Shown here in pieces: positions 17,281 through 27,001 of a stretch of DNA of 29,305 nucleotides. Within the stretch, counting starts at the first letter, position 1, and every line of letters starts with the position of its first letter. Origin of the DNA: a virus (lineage: Duplodnaviria; Heunggongvirae; Uroviricota; Caudoviricetes); the IMG/VR virus record IMGVR_UViG_2728369553_000012; one strand, written 5' to 3'. The position numbers and the translations under genes were made by a program. Under the pieces are notes generated by a model that saw nothing but the letters and a program-made list of their open reading frames with translations, was not told the DNA's origin and did no database searches.

Positions 17281-18189
17281 ATGCCGATTATCGACCTGAA
17301 CCAGCTACCCGCACCGGATGTGGTCGAGGAGCTGGACTTTGAAACCATTCTTGCCGAACGCAAGGCGACACTGATTTCCCTTTACCCGGAAGACCAGCAG
17401 GAGGCGGTCGCCCGTACCCTGACGCTGGAATCTGAGCCTCTCGTCAAACTGCTGGAGGAAAATGCTTATCGTGAGCTTATCTGGCGTCAGCGTGTGAATG
17501 AGGCCGCACGGGCGGTGATGCTGGCCTGTGCCGCCGGTAATGACCTTGATGTGATTGGTGCCAATTACAACACCACGCGCCTGACTATCACCCCGGCAGA
17601 TGATTCGACCATCCCGCCGACACCGGCAGTGATGGAGTCTGACACCGATTATCGTCTGCGTATTCAGCAGGCGTTTGAAGGTTTAAGCGTCGCCGGGTCG
17701 GTGGGTGCCTATCAGTATCATGGCCGCAGTGCCGACGGGCGTGTCGCGGATATTTCTGTCACCAGTCCGTCTCCGGCCTGCGTCACTATCTCTGTGCTGT
17801 CACGTGAAAATAACGGTGTCGCATCCGAAGACCTGCTGGCCGTGGTGCGTAACGCCCTGAATGGCGAGGACGTCAGGCCGGTGGCCGACCGCGTGACCGT
17901 GCAGTCTGCCGCCATCGTTGAATACCAGATAAACGCCACGCTTTACCTTTACCCTGGTCCCGAAAGCGAACCCATCCGCGCTGCCGCCGTGAAAAAACTG
18001 GAAGCGTATATCACGGCACAGCACCGGCTGGGGCGCGATATCCGTCTGTCTGCCATTTATGCCGCTTTGCATGTGGAAGGTGTGCAGCGTGTCGAACTGG
18101 CTGCACCGCTGGCTGACATCGTGCTCAACAGTACGCAGGCGTCTTTCTGTACCGAATACAGCGTCGTGACCGGAGGCTCGGATGAGTGA
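17281..18189 (+). CDS. J: Baseplate protein J (P2 gpJ-like)
   Basis: 302 aa, the P2 J length. Confidence 0.85.
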   Translation: MPIIDLNQLPAPDVVEELDFETILAERKATLISLYPEDQQEAVARTLTLESEPLVKLLEENAYRELIWRQRVNEAARAVMLACAAGNDLDVIGANYNTTRLTITPADDSTIPPTPAVMESDTDYRLRIQQAFEGLSVAGSVGAYQYHGRSADGRVADISVTSPSPACVTISVLSRENNGVASEDLLAVVRNALNGEDVRPVADRVTVQSAAIVEYQINATLYLYPGPESEPIRAAAVKKLEAYITAQHRLGRDIRLSAIYAALHVEGVQRVELAAPLADIVLNSTQASFCTEYSVVTGGSDE

Positions 18190-18793
18190 TTCGCGACTGC
18201 TGCCGACCGGCTCATCACTGCTTGAAGTTGCCGCCGCAAAAGCCTGTGCGGAAATTGAAAAAACGCCGGTCAGTATTCGTGAGCTGTGGAACCCGGACAC
18301 CTGCCCGGCAAATCTGCTGCCGTGGCTGGCGTGGTCATTTTCGGTTGACCGCTGGGATGATAAATGGCCGGAAGCGACAAAACGCGCTGTTATCCGCGAT
18401 GCGTATTTCATTCACTGCCATAAGGGCACTATAGGCGCAATCCGGCGTGTGGTGGAGCCGCTCGGCTATCTGATTGAGGTGAGGGAGTGGTGGCAGCTCA
18501 ACGAGGAGCCGGGGACGTTCCGTATCGTTGTTGGCGTGCTTGAGCAGGGTATTACCGAAGAAATGTATCAGGAGCTGGAGCGCCTAGTTGCTGATGCAAA
18601 ACCGGCAAGCCGCCATCTGACGGGACTGGCTATCAGTTTAAGTACAACCGGCAACATTTTTGCCGGTGCGGGATGCTATCACGGTGACGCCCTGACGGTT
18701 TATCCCTACACCCCGGAGGCCATTATTGTCGGAGGGGATTATTTCCCGGCCTCGGCCATTCATTTAATTGATAACCTGAGAGTAAACGCATGA
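18182..18793 (+). CDS. I: Baseplate protein I (P2 gpI-like)
   Basis: 203 aa between J and the tail-fibre gene, overlapping both neighbours. Longer than P2 I (176 aa as I recall). Confidence 0.75.
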   Translation: MSDSRLLPTGSSLLEVAAAKACAEIEKTPVSIRELWNPDTCPANLLPWLAWSFSVDRWDDKWPEATKRAVIRDAYFIHCHKGTIGAIRRVVEPLGYLIEVREWWQLNEEPGTFRIVVGVLEQGITEEMYQELERLVADAKPASRHLTGLAISLSTTGNIFAGAGCYHGDALTVYPYTPEAIIVGGDYFPASAIHLIDNLRVNA

Positions 18794-19950
18794 CAGTGAA
18801 ATACTACGCCATTCTGACTAATCAGGGCGCAGCACGGCTGGCTAACGCGACGATGCTCGGCAGTAAGCTGAATCTGACGCAAATGGCCGTTGGTGATGCG
18901 AATGGTGTCTTGCCGACACCAGACCCGGCACAGACAAAACTGATTAACCAGAAACGCATCGCGCCGCTGAATCTTCTGAGTGTTGACCCGAACAACCAGA
19001 GCCAGATTATTGCGGAGCAAATCATCCCTGAGAACGAGGGCGGATTCTGGATCCGTGAGATTGGGCTTTATGATGATGAAGGCGTACTCATTGCGGTGGC
19101 GAACTGCCCGGAAACGTACAAACCGCAGTTGCAGGAAGGCAGTGGTCGTACCCAGACTATCCGCATGATTCTGGTTGTCACGAATACCGAAGCTATCACG
19201 CTGAAAATCGACCCGTCGGTGGTACTGGCGACCCGTAAATACGTGGATGATGAAGTCCTGGAATTAAGGCTGTATGTGGATGACCAGATGAGAAACCACA
19301 TTGCCGCACAGGATCCTCATACCCAGTATGCGCAGAAACATAATCCGACATTTACCGGAGAACCAAAAGCGCCGACGCCTGCCGCAGGAAATAACACCAC
19401 GCGGATTGCGACCACTGCGTTTGTTCAGGCCGCTATTACCGCTCTGATTAACGGTGCGCCAGCCACGCTGGACACACTGAAAGAAATTGCCGCAGCCATT
19501 AACAATGACCCGAAATTCAGTACCACCATTAACAATGCGCTGTCAGGTAAGCAGCCACTGGATGAGACGCTGACTCATTTGAGTGGAAAGGATGTAGCTG
19601 GTCTTCTCGCATACCTTGGTTTGGGAGAAGCGGCAAAACGGAATGTGGGAACAGGGGAAAATCAGATACCTGATATGTCATCATATGCATCAGGTTCAGG
19701 CTGGCGAAAAATGCCAGATGGTTCAATTGAACAGTGGGGACGAATTAGTTTTCCTGGTGAACACGGGCCTGTATCCGCCAATGTTTCATTCCCGATTCCA
19801 TTTACACAGACACCGGGCATTGTAATTGTGTGCGATGGTGGTTTCGGGGGCGGGAATATGTGGGGGGCGACCAACTGGAGCACTACCGGCTTCATAGCTC
19901 ACTGCAATTATGGTCTTGAAGGTGGTGCGTTTTTCGCTAAGGGCTGGTAA
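18790..19950 (+). CDS. H: Tail fibre protein: constant N-terminal part fused to a variable C-terminal cassette in the current orientation
   Basis: 386 aa, in the P2 H position but shorter than P2 H (669 aa as I recall). The inversion crossover site lies inside the gene at 19604-19629, so residues after it belong to the invertible segment. Confidence 0.8.
   Translation: MTVKYYAILTNQGAARLANATMLGSKLNLTQMAVGDANGVLPTPDPAQTKLINQKRIAPLNLLSVDPNNQSQIIAEQIIPENEGGFWIREIGLYDDEGVLIAVANCPETYKPQLQEGSGRTQTIRMILVVTNTEAITLKIDPSVVLATRKYVDDEVLELRLYVDDQMRNHIAAQDPHTQYAQKHNPTFTGEPKAPTPAAGNNTTRIATTAFVQAAITALINGAPATLDTLKEIAAAINNDPKFSTTINNALSGKQPLDETLTHLSGKDVAGLLAYLGLGEAAKRNVGTGENQIPDMSSYASGSGWRKMPDGSIEQWGRISFPGEHGPVSANVSFPIPFTQTPGIVIVCDGGFGGGNMWGATNWSTTGFIAHCNYGLEGGAFFAKGW
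19604..19629. repeat. Left crossover site of the invertible tail-fibre segment (gix/pix-like)
   Basis: TTCTCGCATACCTTGGTTTGGGAGAA; its last 14 nt (19616-19629) are the exact reverse complement of 21429-21442. Confidence 0.6.
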
Positions 19951-20393
19951 TGATGAAATATCTGTACGTAAACAACCTGGCATATCCTTACGAACTTCAG
20001 TCTCTTTATGTTGAAAAAGGTGAATGGCCTGAAGAAAAAGGTGTTGATATAGACGAAGTAATTTTCAGGGAATATTTCTATGACACACCACCAGAAGGAA
20101 AATACAGATGTGTTGGAGAAGATGGACTGCCTGCATGGGCAGATATTCCTCCACCAACACGTGAAGAACAAATTGCATCAGCCGAAACTAAAAAGCAGCA
20201 ATTGATTAATCAGGCCAACGATTATATGAACAGTAGACAATGGGTTGGTAAAGCGGCTATTGGTCGTCTGAAAGGTGAGGAACTGGCGCAATATAATTTG
20301 TGGCTGGATTATCTGGACGCACTGGAGCTGGTCGATACTTCCAGTGCACCAGATATTGAATGGCCTACTCCTCCGGCAGTTCAGGCCAGATGA
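19950..20393 (+). CDS. G: Tail fibre assembly protein (expressed orientation)
   Basis: 147 aa directly after H; C-terminus LDYLDALELVDTSSAPDIEWPTPP parallels the C-terminus of the inverted-orientation paralogue. Confidence 0.8.
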   Translation: MMKYLYVNNLAYPYELQSLYVEKGEWPEEKGVDIDEVIFREYFYDTPPEGKYRCVGEDGLPAWADIPPPTREEQIASAETKKQQLINQANDYMNSRQWVGKAAIGRLKGEELAQYNLWLDYLDALELVDTSSAPDIEWPTPPAVQAR

Positions 20394-20976
20394 CATCCGG
20401 CGCGGTGCTGGTATCTGTTGCCGTCACCGCGTCAATGTAATCCAGCACCGTGTTAAGTCGGCTGGTTTCTGCCTGCGTCAGATTCCGTCCGGCCCGTAAT
20501 TTCAGTTGAATCAGACTGATGGAAGCCATTGCAGTATCAATCAGCGACTGGCGTTGTGCTTCTGCTGCATCTACTGCGGCGCTATGCTGTGCATCGGTAT
20601 CCGTCACCCATTTCTCACCATCCCATTTATCGTATGGTGTTAACGGGGCGATAGTGGTTGTATTATCAGGGTAATCACCCGGAGCTGTGATTTCTTTTGA
20701 TTCTCCTGTTTCGGTGCTAAAGACGATTTCACCGCGATGGTCTGGCACATATTCCCATGAGTTAAAATCTGCAGAACGGCAGATTGCATAACCAGCCTTA
20801 TGTGTAACTGGTGCATCTAAACAAGAACATGCCGGGATACCGACGCCAACCGTAAGATATTCAGTTGATGTGGAAATATATTCCCGCGTTTCTCCGTTGT
20901 AGTTGTAAACGGTAATGAAGCCAGCCTCTGTGGCAAATCCGTTTTCATCCAAAGTGATTTTTTTTGTGGTCATCAT
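20365..20976 (-). CDS. Alternative tail fibre assembly protein (silent orientation)
   Basis: 203 aa on the minus strand, convergent with G; C-terminus LDYIDAVTATDTSTAPDVIWPELP is paralogous to G. Start ATG overlaps the stop of the upstream minus-strand fibre cassette. Confidence 0.75.
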   Translation of the reverse strand: MMTTKKITLDENGFATEAGFITVYNYNGETREYISTSTEYLTVGVGIPACSCLDAPVTHKAGYAICRSADFNSWEYVPDHRGEIVFSTETGESKEITAPGDYPDNTTTIAPLTPYDKWDGEKWVTDTDAQHSAAVDAAEAQRQSLIDTAMASISLIQLKLRAGRNLTQAETSRLNTVLDYIDAVTATDTSTAPDVIWPELPEE

Positions 20977-21428
20977 GCTGCCCTTACAATGTAGTTAAAT
21001 GCAATGTTACGTGGCCTTGTTTCTGCTGATGTTCTTGCACTCCTGGATAAATCAAGTGTCACACCATAGTAACTAAATGCATTACCAGTTGATGGAGCGG
21101 CATATTTAACCCCAGAACTAGAACCAACATTAAAAACTCCAGATGCTGAGGAAGCTGACCCCATAGTGTTATCAATCAGAGAACCCGTAACATTTTGCAT
21201 AGCGTCAAGTTGTTCGCTTAATAAAGCGCGTCCACTATCAACATCACGCCCGTCATCCCAGCCACGAATAAATTCACCTCGTAAATCAGGCAATTTATTT
21301 GTCGGATAAGCCTTTGCCAGTTCCGGGTATTCTTCAGCAGAAAAAAACGCACCGTTGCATTTCAGCCAGCCTGTTGGCGGAGTGGTGGAAGGCCACGGAA
21401 CAGGCACGCCAACGGGTAATGCCGAACC
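20973..21428 (-). CDS. Alternative tail-fibre C-terminal receptor-binding cassette; promoterless, expressed only after inversion fuses it to H
   Basis: Minus-strand ORF reading out of the right crossover site; fibre-tip-like sequence (LPVGVPVPWP...LPDLRGEFIRGWDDGR); no independent start expected. The same organisation as the Mu G segment and P1 C segment. Confidence 0.65.
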   Translation of the reverse strand, partial: GSALPVGVPVPWPSTTPPTGWLKCNGAFFSAEEYPELAKAYPTNKLPDLRGEFIRGWDDGRDVDSGRALLSEQLDAMQNVTGSLIDNTMGSASSASGVFNVGSSSGVKYAAPSTGNAFSYYGVTLDLSRSARTSAETRPRNIAFNYIVRAA

Positions 21429-21454
21429 TTCTCCCAAACCAACGTTTAAGAAAA
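21429..21454. repeat. Right crossover site of the invertible tail-fibre segment
   Basis: TTCTCCCAAACCAACGTTTAAGAAAA, an imperfect dyad resembling Gin/Pin/Hin-family recombination sites; inverted copy of the site at 19604-19629. Confidence 0.6.
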
Positions 21455-21509
21455 TGCAGAGATTACGGCTAACTGGCATCATCCCCGGTTTTTATTCAGG
21501 GGATCCATC

Positions 21510-21692
21510 ATGCTTATTGGCTATGTCCGCGTGTCAACAAATGACCAGAATACGGAATTGCAGCGTAACGCGCTGGAGTGCGCAGGATGTGAGCTGATTT
21601 TTGATATTGGCCTGTCCACGCTCTATAAAAAATTCCCCTCATCAGCGACAAAGAATAAATTGTGTCATCCCTTAGCCAACCGGGACAAATAG
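21510..21692 (+). pseudogene. Serine DNA invertase (Gin/Pin/Cin/Hin family) remnant with an in-frame internal deletion
   Basis: MLIGYVRVSTNDQNTELQRNALECAGCELIF matches the invertase N-terminus including the catalytic Ser motif. It is then joined directly to DIGLSTLYKKFP..., which matches the extreme C-terminus of Gin (...IYDVALSTLYKKHP...). About 150 residues of the catalytic domain and HTH are missing; only 60 codons remain. Confidence 0.8.
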
Positions 21693-21751
21693 CCTGACAT
21701 CTCCGGCACAACTGAAAATATCACTCACCCATTAACCACGGAGTTAAACGG

Positions 21752-22942
21752 ATGAGTGACTATCATCACGGCGTGCAGGTGCTGGAGATTAACGACGGCA
21801 CCCGTGTCATTTCCACCGTATCCACTGCCATTGTTGGCATGGTCTGCACGGCCAGCGATGCGGATGCGGAAACCTTCCCCCTCAATAAACCGGTGCTGAT
21901 TACCAATGTGCAGAGCGCAATTGCAAAGGCCGGTAAAAAAGGCACGCTGGCGGCATCGTTGCAGGCTATCGCCGACCAGTCAAAACCGGTCACCGTTGTT
22001 GTGCGCGTGGAGGACGGCACCGGCGACGACGAAGAAACGAAACTTGCGCAGACCGTTTCCAATATCATCGGCACCACTGACGAAAACGGTCAGTACACCG
22101 GACTGAAAGCCCTGCTGGCGGCAGAGTCGGTAACCGGTGTTAAACCGCGTATTCTTGGTGTGCCGGGACTGGATACCAAAGAGGTGGCTGTAGCACTAGC
22201 ATCCGTCTGTCAGAAGCTGCGCGCTTTCGGGTATATCAGCGCATGGGGCTGTAAGACCATTTCCGAGGTGAAAGCCTACCGCCAGAATTTCAGCCAGCGT
22301 GAGCTGATGGTCATCTGGCCGGATTTCCTCGCATGGGATACGGTCACCAGTACCACCGCCACCGCGTATGCCACCGCTCGTGCGCTGGGGCTGCGCGCTA
22401 AAATCGACCAGGAGCAGGGCTGGCATAAAACGCTGTCCAACGTCGGGGTGAACGGTGTTACCGGCATCAGCGCATCTGTATTCTGGGATTTGCAGGAGTC
22501 CGGCACCGATGCTGACCTGCTTAACGAGTCAGGCGTCACTACGCTGATTCGCCGCGACGGTTTCCGCTTCTGGGGTAACCGTACCTGCTCTGATGACCCA
22601 CTGTTTCTCTTTGAAAACTACACCCGTACCGCGCAGGTGCTGGCCGACACGATAGCTGAGGCGCACATGTGGGCGGTGGACAAGCCCATCACCGCAACGC
22701 TGATTCGCGACATCGTTGACGGCATCAATGCCAAATTCCGTGAGCTGAAAACAAACGGCTATATCGTGGATGGCTCATGCTGGTTCAGCGAAGAATCCAA
22801 CGATGCGGAAACCCTCAAGGCCGGAAAACTGTATATCGACTACGACTATACACCGGTGCCTCCTCTCGAAAACCTGACCCTGCGCCAGCGTATTACCGAT
22901 AAATACCTGGCGAATCTGGTCACCTCGGTTAACAGCAATTAA
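21752..22942 (+). CDS. FI: Tail sheath protein (P2 gpFI-like)
   Basis: 396 aa, the P2 FI length, followed by the tube gene. Confidence 0.9.
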   Translation: MSDYHHGVQVLEINDGTRVISTVSTAIVGMVCTASDADAETFPLNKPVLITNVQSAIAKAGKKGTLAASLQAIADQSKPVTVVVRVEDGTGDDEETKLAQTVSNIIGTTDENGQYTGLKALLAAESVTGVKPRILGVPGLDTKEVAVALASVCQKLRAFGYISAWGCKTISEVKAYRQNFSQRELMVIWPDFLAWDTVTSTTATAYATARALGLRAKIDQEQGWHKTLSNVGVNGVTGISASVFWDLQESGTDADLLNESGVTTLIRRDGFRFWGNRTCSDDPLFLFENYTRTAQVLADTIAEAHMWAVDKPITATLIRDIVDGINAKFRELKTNGYIVDGSCWFSEESNDAETLKAGKLYIDYDYTPVPPLENLTLRQRITDKYLANLVTSVNSN

Positions 22943-22954
22943 GGAGCCTGACCG

Positions 22955-23473
22955 ATGGCAATGCCGCGCAAACTCAAGTTAATGAACGTCTTTCTGAACG
23001 GCTACAGCTATCAGGGCGTCGCGAAGTCCGTCACGCTACCAAAACTGACCCGTAAGCTCGAAAACTATCGCGGTGCGGGGATGAACGGCAGCGCACCGGT
23101 AGACCTCGGCCTTGATGACGATGCGCTGTCAATGGAGTGGTCGCTCGGTGGCTTCCCGGATTCGGTTATCTGGGAGCTTTACGCCGCAACCGGTGTGGAT
23201 GCCGTACCGATTCGTTTTGCAGGCTCTTACCAGCGCGACGATACCGGCGAAACGGTGGCCGTCGAGGTGGTCATGCGTGGACGTCAGAAAGAAATCGACA
23301 CCGGCGAGGGTAAACAGGGAGAAGACACCGAGTCGAAAATCTCCGTGGTCTGCACCTATTTCCTGCTGACGATGGACGGTAAGGAGCTGGTCGAAATTGA
23401 CACCATCAACATGATTGAGAAGGTGAACGGCGTCGACCGGCTGGAGCAACACCGCCGCAATATCGGCCTGTGA
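22955..23473 (+). CDS. FII: Tail tube protein (P2 gpFII-like)
   Basis: 172 aa, the P2 FII length. Confidence 0.9.
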   Translation: MAMPRKLKLMNVFLNGYSYQGVAKSVTLPKLTRKLENYRGAGMNGSAPVDLGLDDDALSMEWSLGGFPDSVIWELYAATGVDAVPIRFAGSYQRDDTGETVAVEVVMRGRQKEIDTGEGKQGEDTESKISVVCTYFLLTMDGKELVEIDTINMIEKVNGVDRLEQHRRNIGL

Positions 23474-23528
23474 TTTTCATCCGGTCAGCCAGGCTGACCG
23501 GTAACCCCGATTCAGAAGTGAGAAAACC

Positions 23529-23804
23529 ATGAACAAAGAAAATGTCATTACCCTGGACAATCCGGTCAAACGTGGTGAGCAGGTTATCGAACAGGTCACG
23601 CTGATGAAACCCAATGCCGGGACGCTGCGCGGTGTCAGTCTGGCTGCGGTTGCAAACTCCGAAGTCGATGCACTGATTAAAGTGCTGCCGCGCATGACGG
23701 CACCGATGCTGACCGAGCAGGAAGTCGCCGCGCTGGAACTGCCTGACCTTGTGGCGCTGGCCGGTAAGGTGGTCGGTTTTTTGTCGCCGAACTCGGTGCA
23801 GTGA
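23529..23804 (+). CDS. E: Tail assembly chaperone (P2 gpE-like)
   Basis: 91 aa, the P2 E length; contains the slippery heptamer TTTTTTG at 23777-23783 near its 3' end. Confidence 0.8.
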   Translation: MNKENVITLDNPVKRGEQVIEQVTLMKPNAGTLRGVSLAAVANSEVDALIKVLPRMTAPMLTEQEVAALELPDLVALAGKVVGFLSPNSVQ

Positions 23805-23956
23805 CGTTCCCGAAAAATCTCTCGGTCGATGACCTGATGGCGGATGTGGCAGTGATATTTCACTGGCCGCCATCAGAACTGTATCCCATGAGCCTGACCG
23901 AACTCATCACATGGCGCGAAAAGGCGCTCCGGCGAAGCGGAAACACGAATGAGTAA
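23783..23956 (+). CDS. E' extension of the -1 frameshift product E+E'
   Basis: The -1 frame is open from the slippery site to TAA at 23954-23956, overlapping the T start; this is the P2 E/E' arrangement. I traced the frame by hand. Confidence 0.6.
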   Translation, partial: VAELGAVTFPKNLSVDDLMADVAVIFHWPPSELYPMSLTELITWREKALRRSGNTNE

Positions 23957-26455
23957 CAATGTAAAATTACAGGTATTGCTCAGGGCTGTTGACCAGGCAT
24001 CCCGCCCGTTTAAATCCATCCGCACAGCGAGCAAATCGCTGTCGGGGGATATCCGGGAAACACAAAAATCACTGCGCGAGCTGAACGGTCAGGCGTCCCG
24101 TATTGAGGGATTTCGCAAGACCAGTGCACAGCTCGCCGTGACTGGTCATGCACTTGAAAAGGCACGGCAGGAGGCTGAAGCCCTTGCCACACAGTTTAAA
24201 AACACCGAACGTCCGACCCGTGCTCAGGCGAAAGTGCTGGAATCCGCAAAGCGTGCGGCGGAGGACTTACAGGCGAAATATAACCGCCTGACGGATTCCG
24301 TTAAACGCCAGCAGCGGGAACTGGCCGCTGTGGGAATTAATACCCGCAATCTTGCACATGATGAGCAGGGACTGAAAAACCGTATCAGTGAAACCACCGC
24401 ACAGCTTAACCGTCAGCGCGACGCGCTGGCGCGTGTCAGTGCGCAACAGGCAAAACTTAACGCAGTCAAACAGCGTTATCAGGCCGGAAAGGAACTGGCC
24501 GGAAATATGGCCTCGGTGGGCGCTGCCGGTGTGGGGATTGCGGCGGCGGGAACGATGGCCGGAGTTAAGCTGCTGATGCCCGGTTATGAGTTTGCGCAGA
24601 AAAACTCAGAATTGCAGGCCGTGCTCGGAGTGGCAAAAGACTCCGCCGAAATGACCGCACTACGCAAACAGGCGCGCCAGCTCGGCGACAATACCGCCGC
24701 CTCGGCGGATGATGCGGCCGGTGCACAGATAATCATCGCGAAAGCGGGTGGGGATGTTGATGCCATTCAGGCGGCAACGCCGGTCACGCTGAATATGGCG
24801 CTGGCGAACCGCCGCACGATGGAAGAAAACGCCGCCCTGCTGATGGGGATGAAATCCGCCTTTCAGCTTTCAAACGATAAGGTCGCTCATATCGGGGATG
24901 TTCTCTCCATGACGATGAACAAAACCGCCGCCGATTTTGACGGCATGAGCGATGCGCTGACCTATGCCGCACCTGTGGCAAAAAATGCCGGTGTCAGCAT
25001 TGAAGAAACCGCCGCAATGGTCGGGGCGCTGCATGATGCAAAAATCACAGGCTCAATGGCGGGGACGGGAAGCCGTGCCGTGTTAAGCCGCCTGCAGGCN
25101 NNNNNNNNNNNNNNNNNNNNNNNNNNNNNNNNNNNNNNNNNNNNNNNNNNNNNNNNNNNNCGACGGGAAAAGCATGGGATGCACTCAAAGAGCTTGGCGT
25201 GAAAACCTCAGACAGCAAGGGAAACACCCGGCCAATATTTACCATTCTGAAAGAAATGCAGGCCAGTTTTGAGAAAAACCGGCTCGGTACTGCCCAGCAG
25301 GCTGAATACATGAAAACTATTTTCGGGGAGGAGGCCAGCTCAGCCGCCGCCGTGCTGATGACTGCCGCCTCAACCGGAAAGCTGGACAAACTGACCGCTG
25401 CGTTTAAAGCCTCAGACGGGAAGACCGCCGAGCTGGTAAATATCATGCAGGACAACCTAGGCGGTGACTTTAAAGAGTTTCAGTCCGCTTATGAGGCAGT
25501 GGGGACTGACCTGTTTGACCAGCAGGAAGGCGCGCTGCGTAAGCTCACGCAGACGGCCACAAAGTATGTGTTAAAACTCGACGGCTGGATCCAGAAAAAC
25601 AAATCACTGGCGTCAACCATCGGCATCATTGCCGGTGGCGCGCTGGCGCTGACTGGCATCATCGGTGCCATTGGCCTCGTAGCCTGGCCGGTTATCACCG
25701 GCATCAATGCCATCATCGCGGCAGCAGGCGCAATGGGGGCAGTCTTCACGACGGTTGGCAGTGCTGTTATGACCGCCATCGGGGCTATTAGCTGGCCGGT
25801 TGTGGCCGTGGTGGCCGCAATTGTCACCGGGGCGTTGCTTATCCGTAAATACTGGGAGCCTGTCAGCGCATTCTTTGGCGGTGTGGTTGAAGGGCTGAAA
25901 GTGGCATTTGCGCCGGTGGGGGAACTGTTCACGCCACTTAAGCCGGTGTTTGACTGGCTGGGTGAAAAGTTACAGGCCGCGTGGCAGTGGTTTAAAAACC
26001 TGATTGCTCCGGTCAAAGCCACTCAGGACACCCTGAACAGTTGCCGTGACACGGGGGGCATGTTCGGGCAGGCACTGGCTGACGCGCTGATGCTGCCGCT
26101 TAATGCGTTCAACAAACTGCGCAGCGGTATTGACTGGGTACTGGAAAAACTCGGTGTTATCAACAAAGAGTCAGACACACTTGACCAGACCGCCGCCAGA
26201 ACTCAAGCCGCCACGTATGGCAGCGGTGGTTATATTCCGGCGACCAGCTCTTATGCAGGCTATCAGGCTTATCAGCCGGTCACGGCACCGGCTGGCCGCT
26301 CTTATGTGGACCAGAGTAAAAACGAATATCACATCAGCCTGACGGGTGGTACTGCGCCGGGGACACAGCTTGACCGCCAGTTACAGGATGCGCTCGAAAA
26401 ATACGAGCGGGATAAACGTGCGCGCGCCCGTGCCAGCATGATGCATGACGGTTAA
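23949..26455 (+). CDS. T: Tail tape measure protein (P2 gpT-like), interrupted by an N run
   Basis: Long helical, Ala/Gln-rich protein with a hydrophobic Gly/Ala-rich central segment. The N run 25100-25160 splits it into two ORFs in different frames in the track (23949..25202 and 25199..26455). Confidence 0.85.
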
Positions 26456-26469
26456 GGAGGTGACGAAAA

Positions 26470-27001
26470 ATGATGCTCGCGTTAGGTATGTTTGTTTTTA
26501 TGCGCCAGACGCTGCCACACCAGACCATGCAGCGTGAATCAGATTATCGCTGGCCGTCAAATTCCCGTATCGGTAAACGGGATGCCTACCAGTTTCTCGG
26601 TGTGGGTGAGGAAAACATGACGCTTGCCGGCGTGCTTTATCCCGAACTGACCGGCGGGAAGCNNNNNNNNNNNNNNNNNNNNNNNNNNNNNNNNNNNNNN
26701 NNNNNNNNNNNNNNNGACGATGACCACGCTCAGGCTGATGGCAGAGGAAGGCCGGGCGTGGCCGTTGCTGGATGGCACCGGCATGATTTACGGCATGTAT
26801 GTCATCAGCAGGGTGAGTGAAACAGGGAGTATTTTCTTTGCAGACGGCACACCCAGAAAAATTGATTTTACGCTGTCGCTCACCCGCGTTGATGAATCAC
26901 TGGCCGCGCTTTATGGCGATATCGGTAAACAGGCGGAATCGCTCATCGGTAAAGCTGGCAGTATGGCGACCAGATTCACGGGTATGACGGGGGCGGGATA
27001 A
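26470..27001 (+). CDS. U: Tail protein (P2 gpU-like), interrupted by an N run
   Basis: Between T and D; N run 26663-26715; stop overlaps the D start (TAATG). Confidence 0.75.

Noticed and set aside
25199-26455. Second half of the tape measure gene as a separate gene (also 26720..27001 in U and 27590..28222 in D)
   Set aside because: The split coincides exactly with N runs; both parts belong to single P2-type genes.
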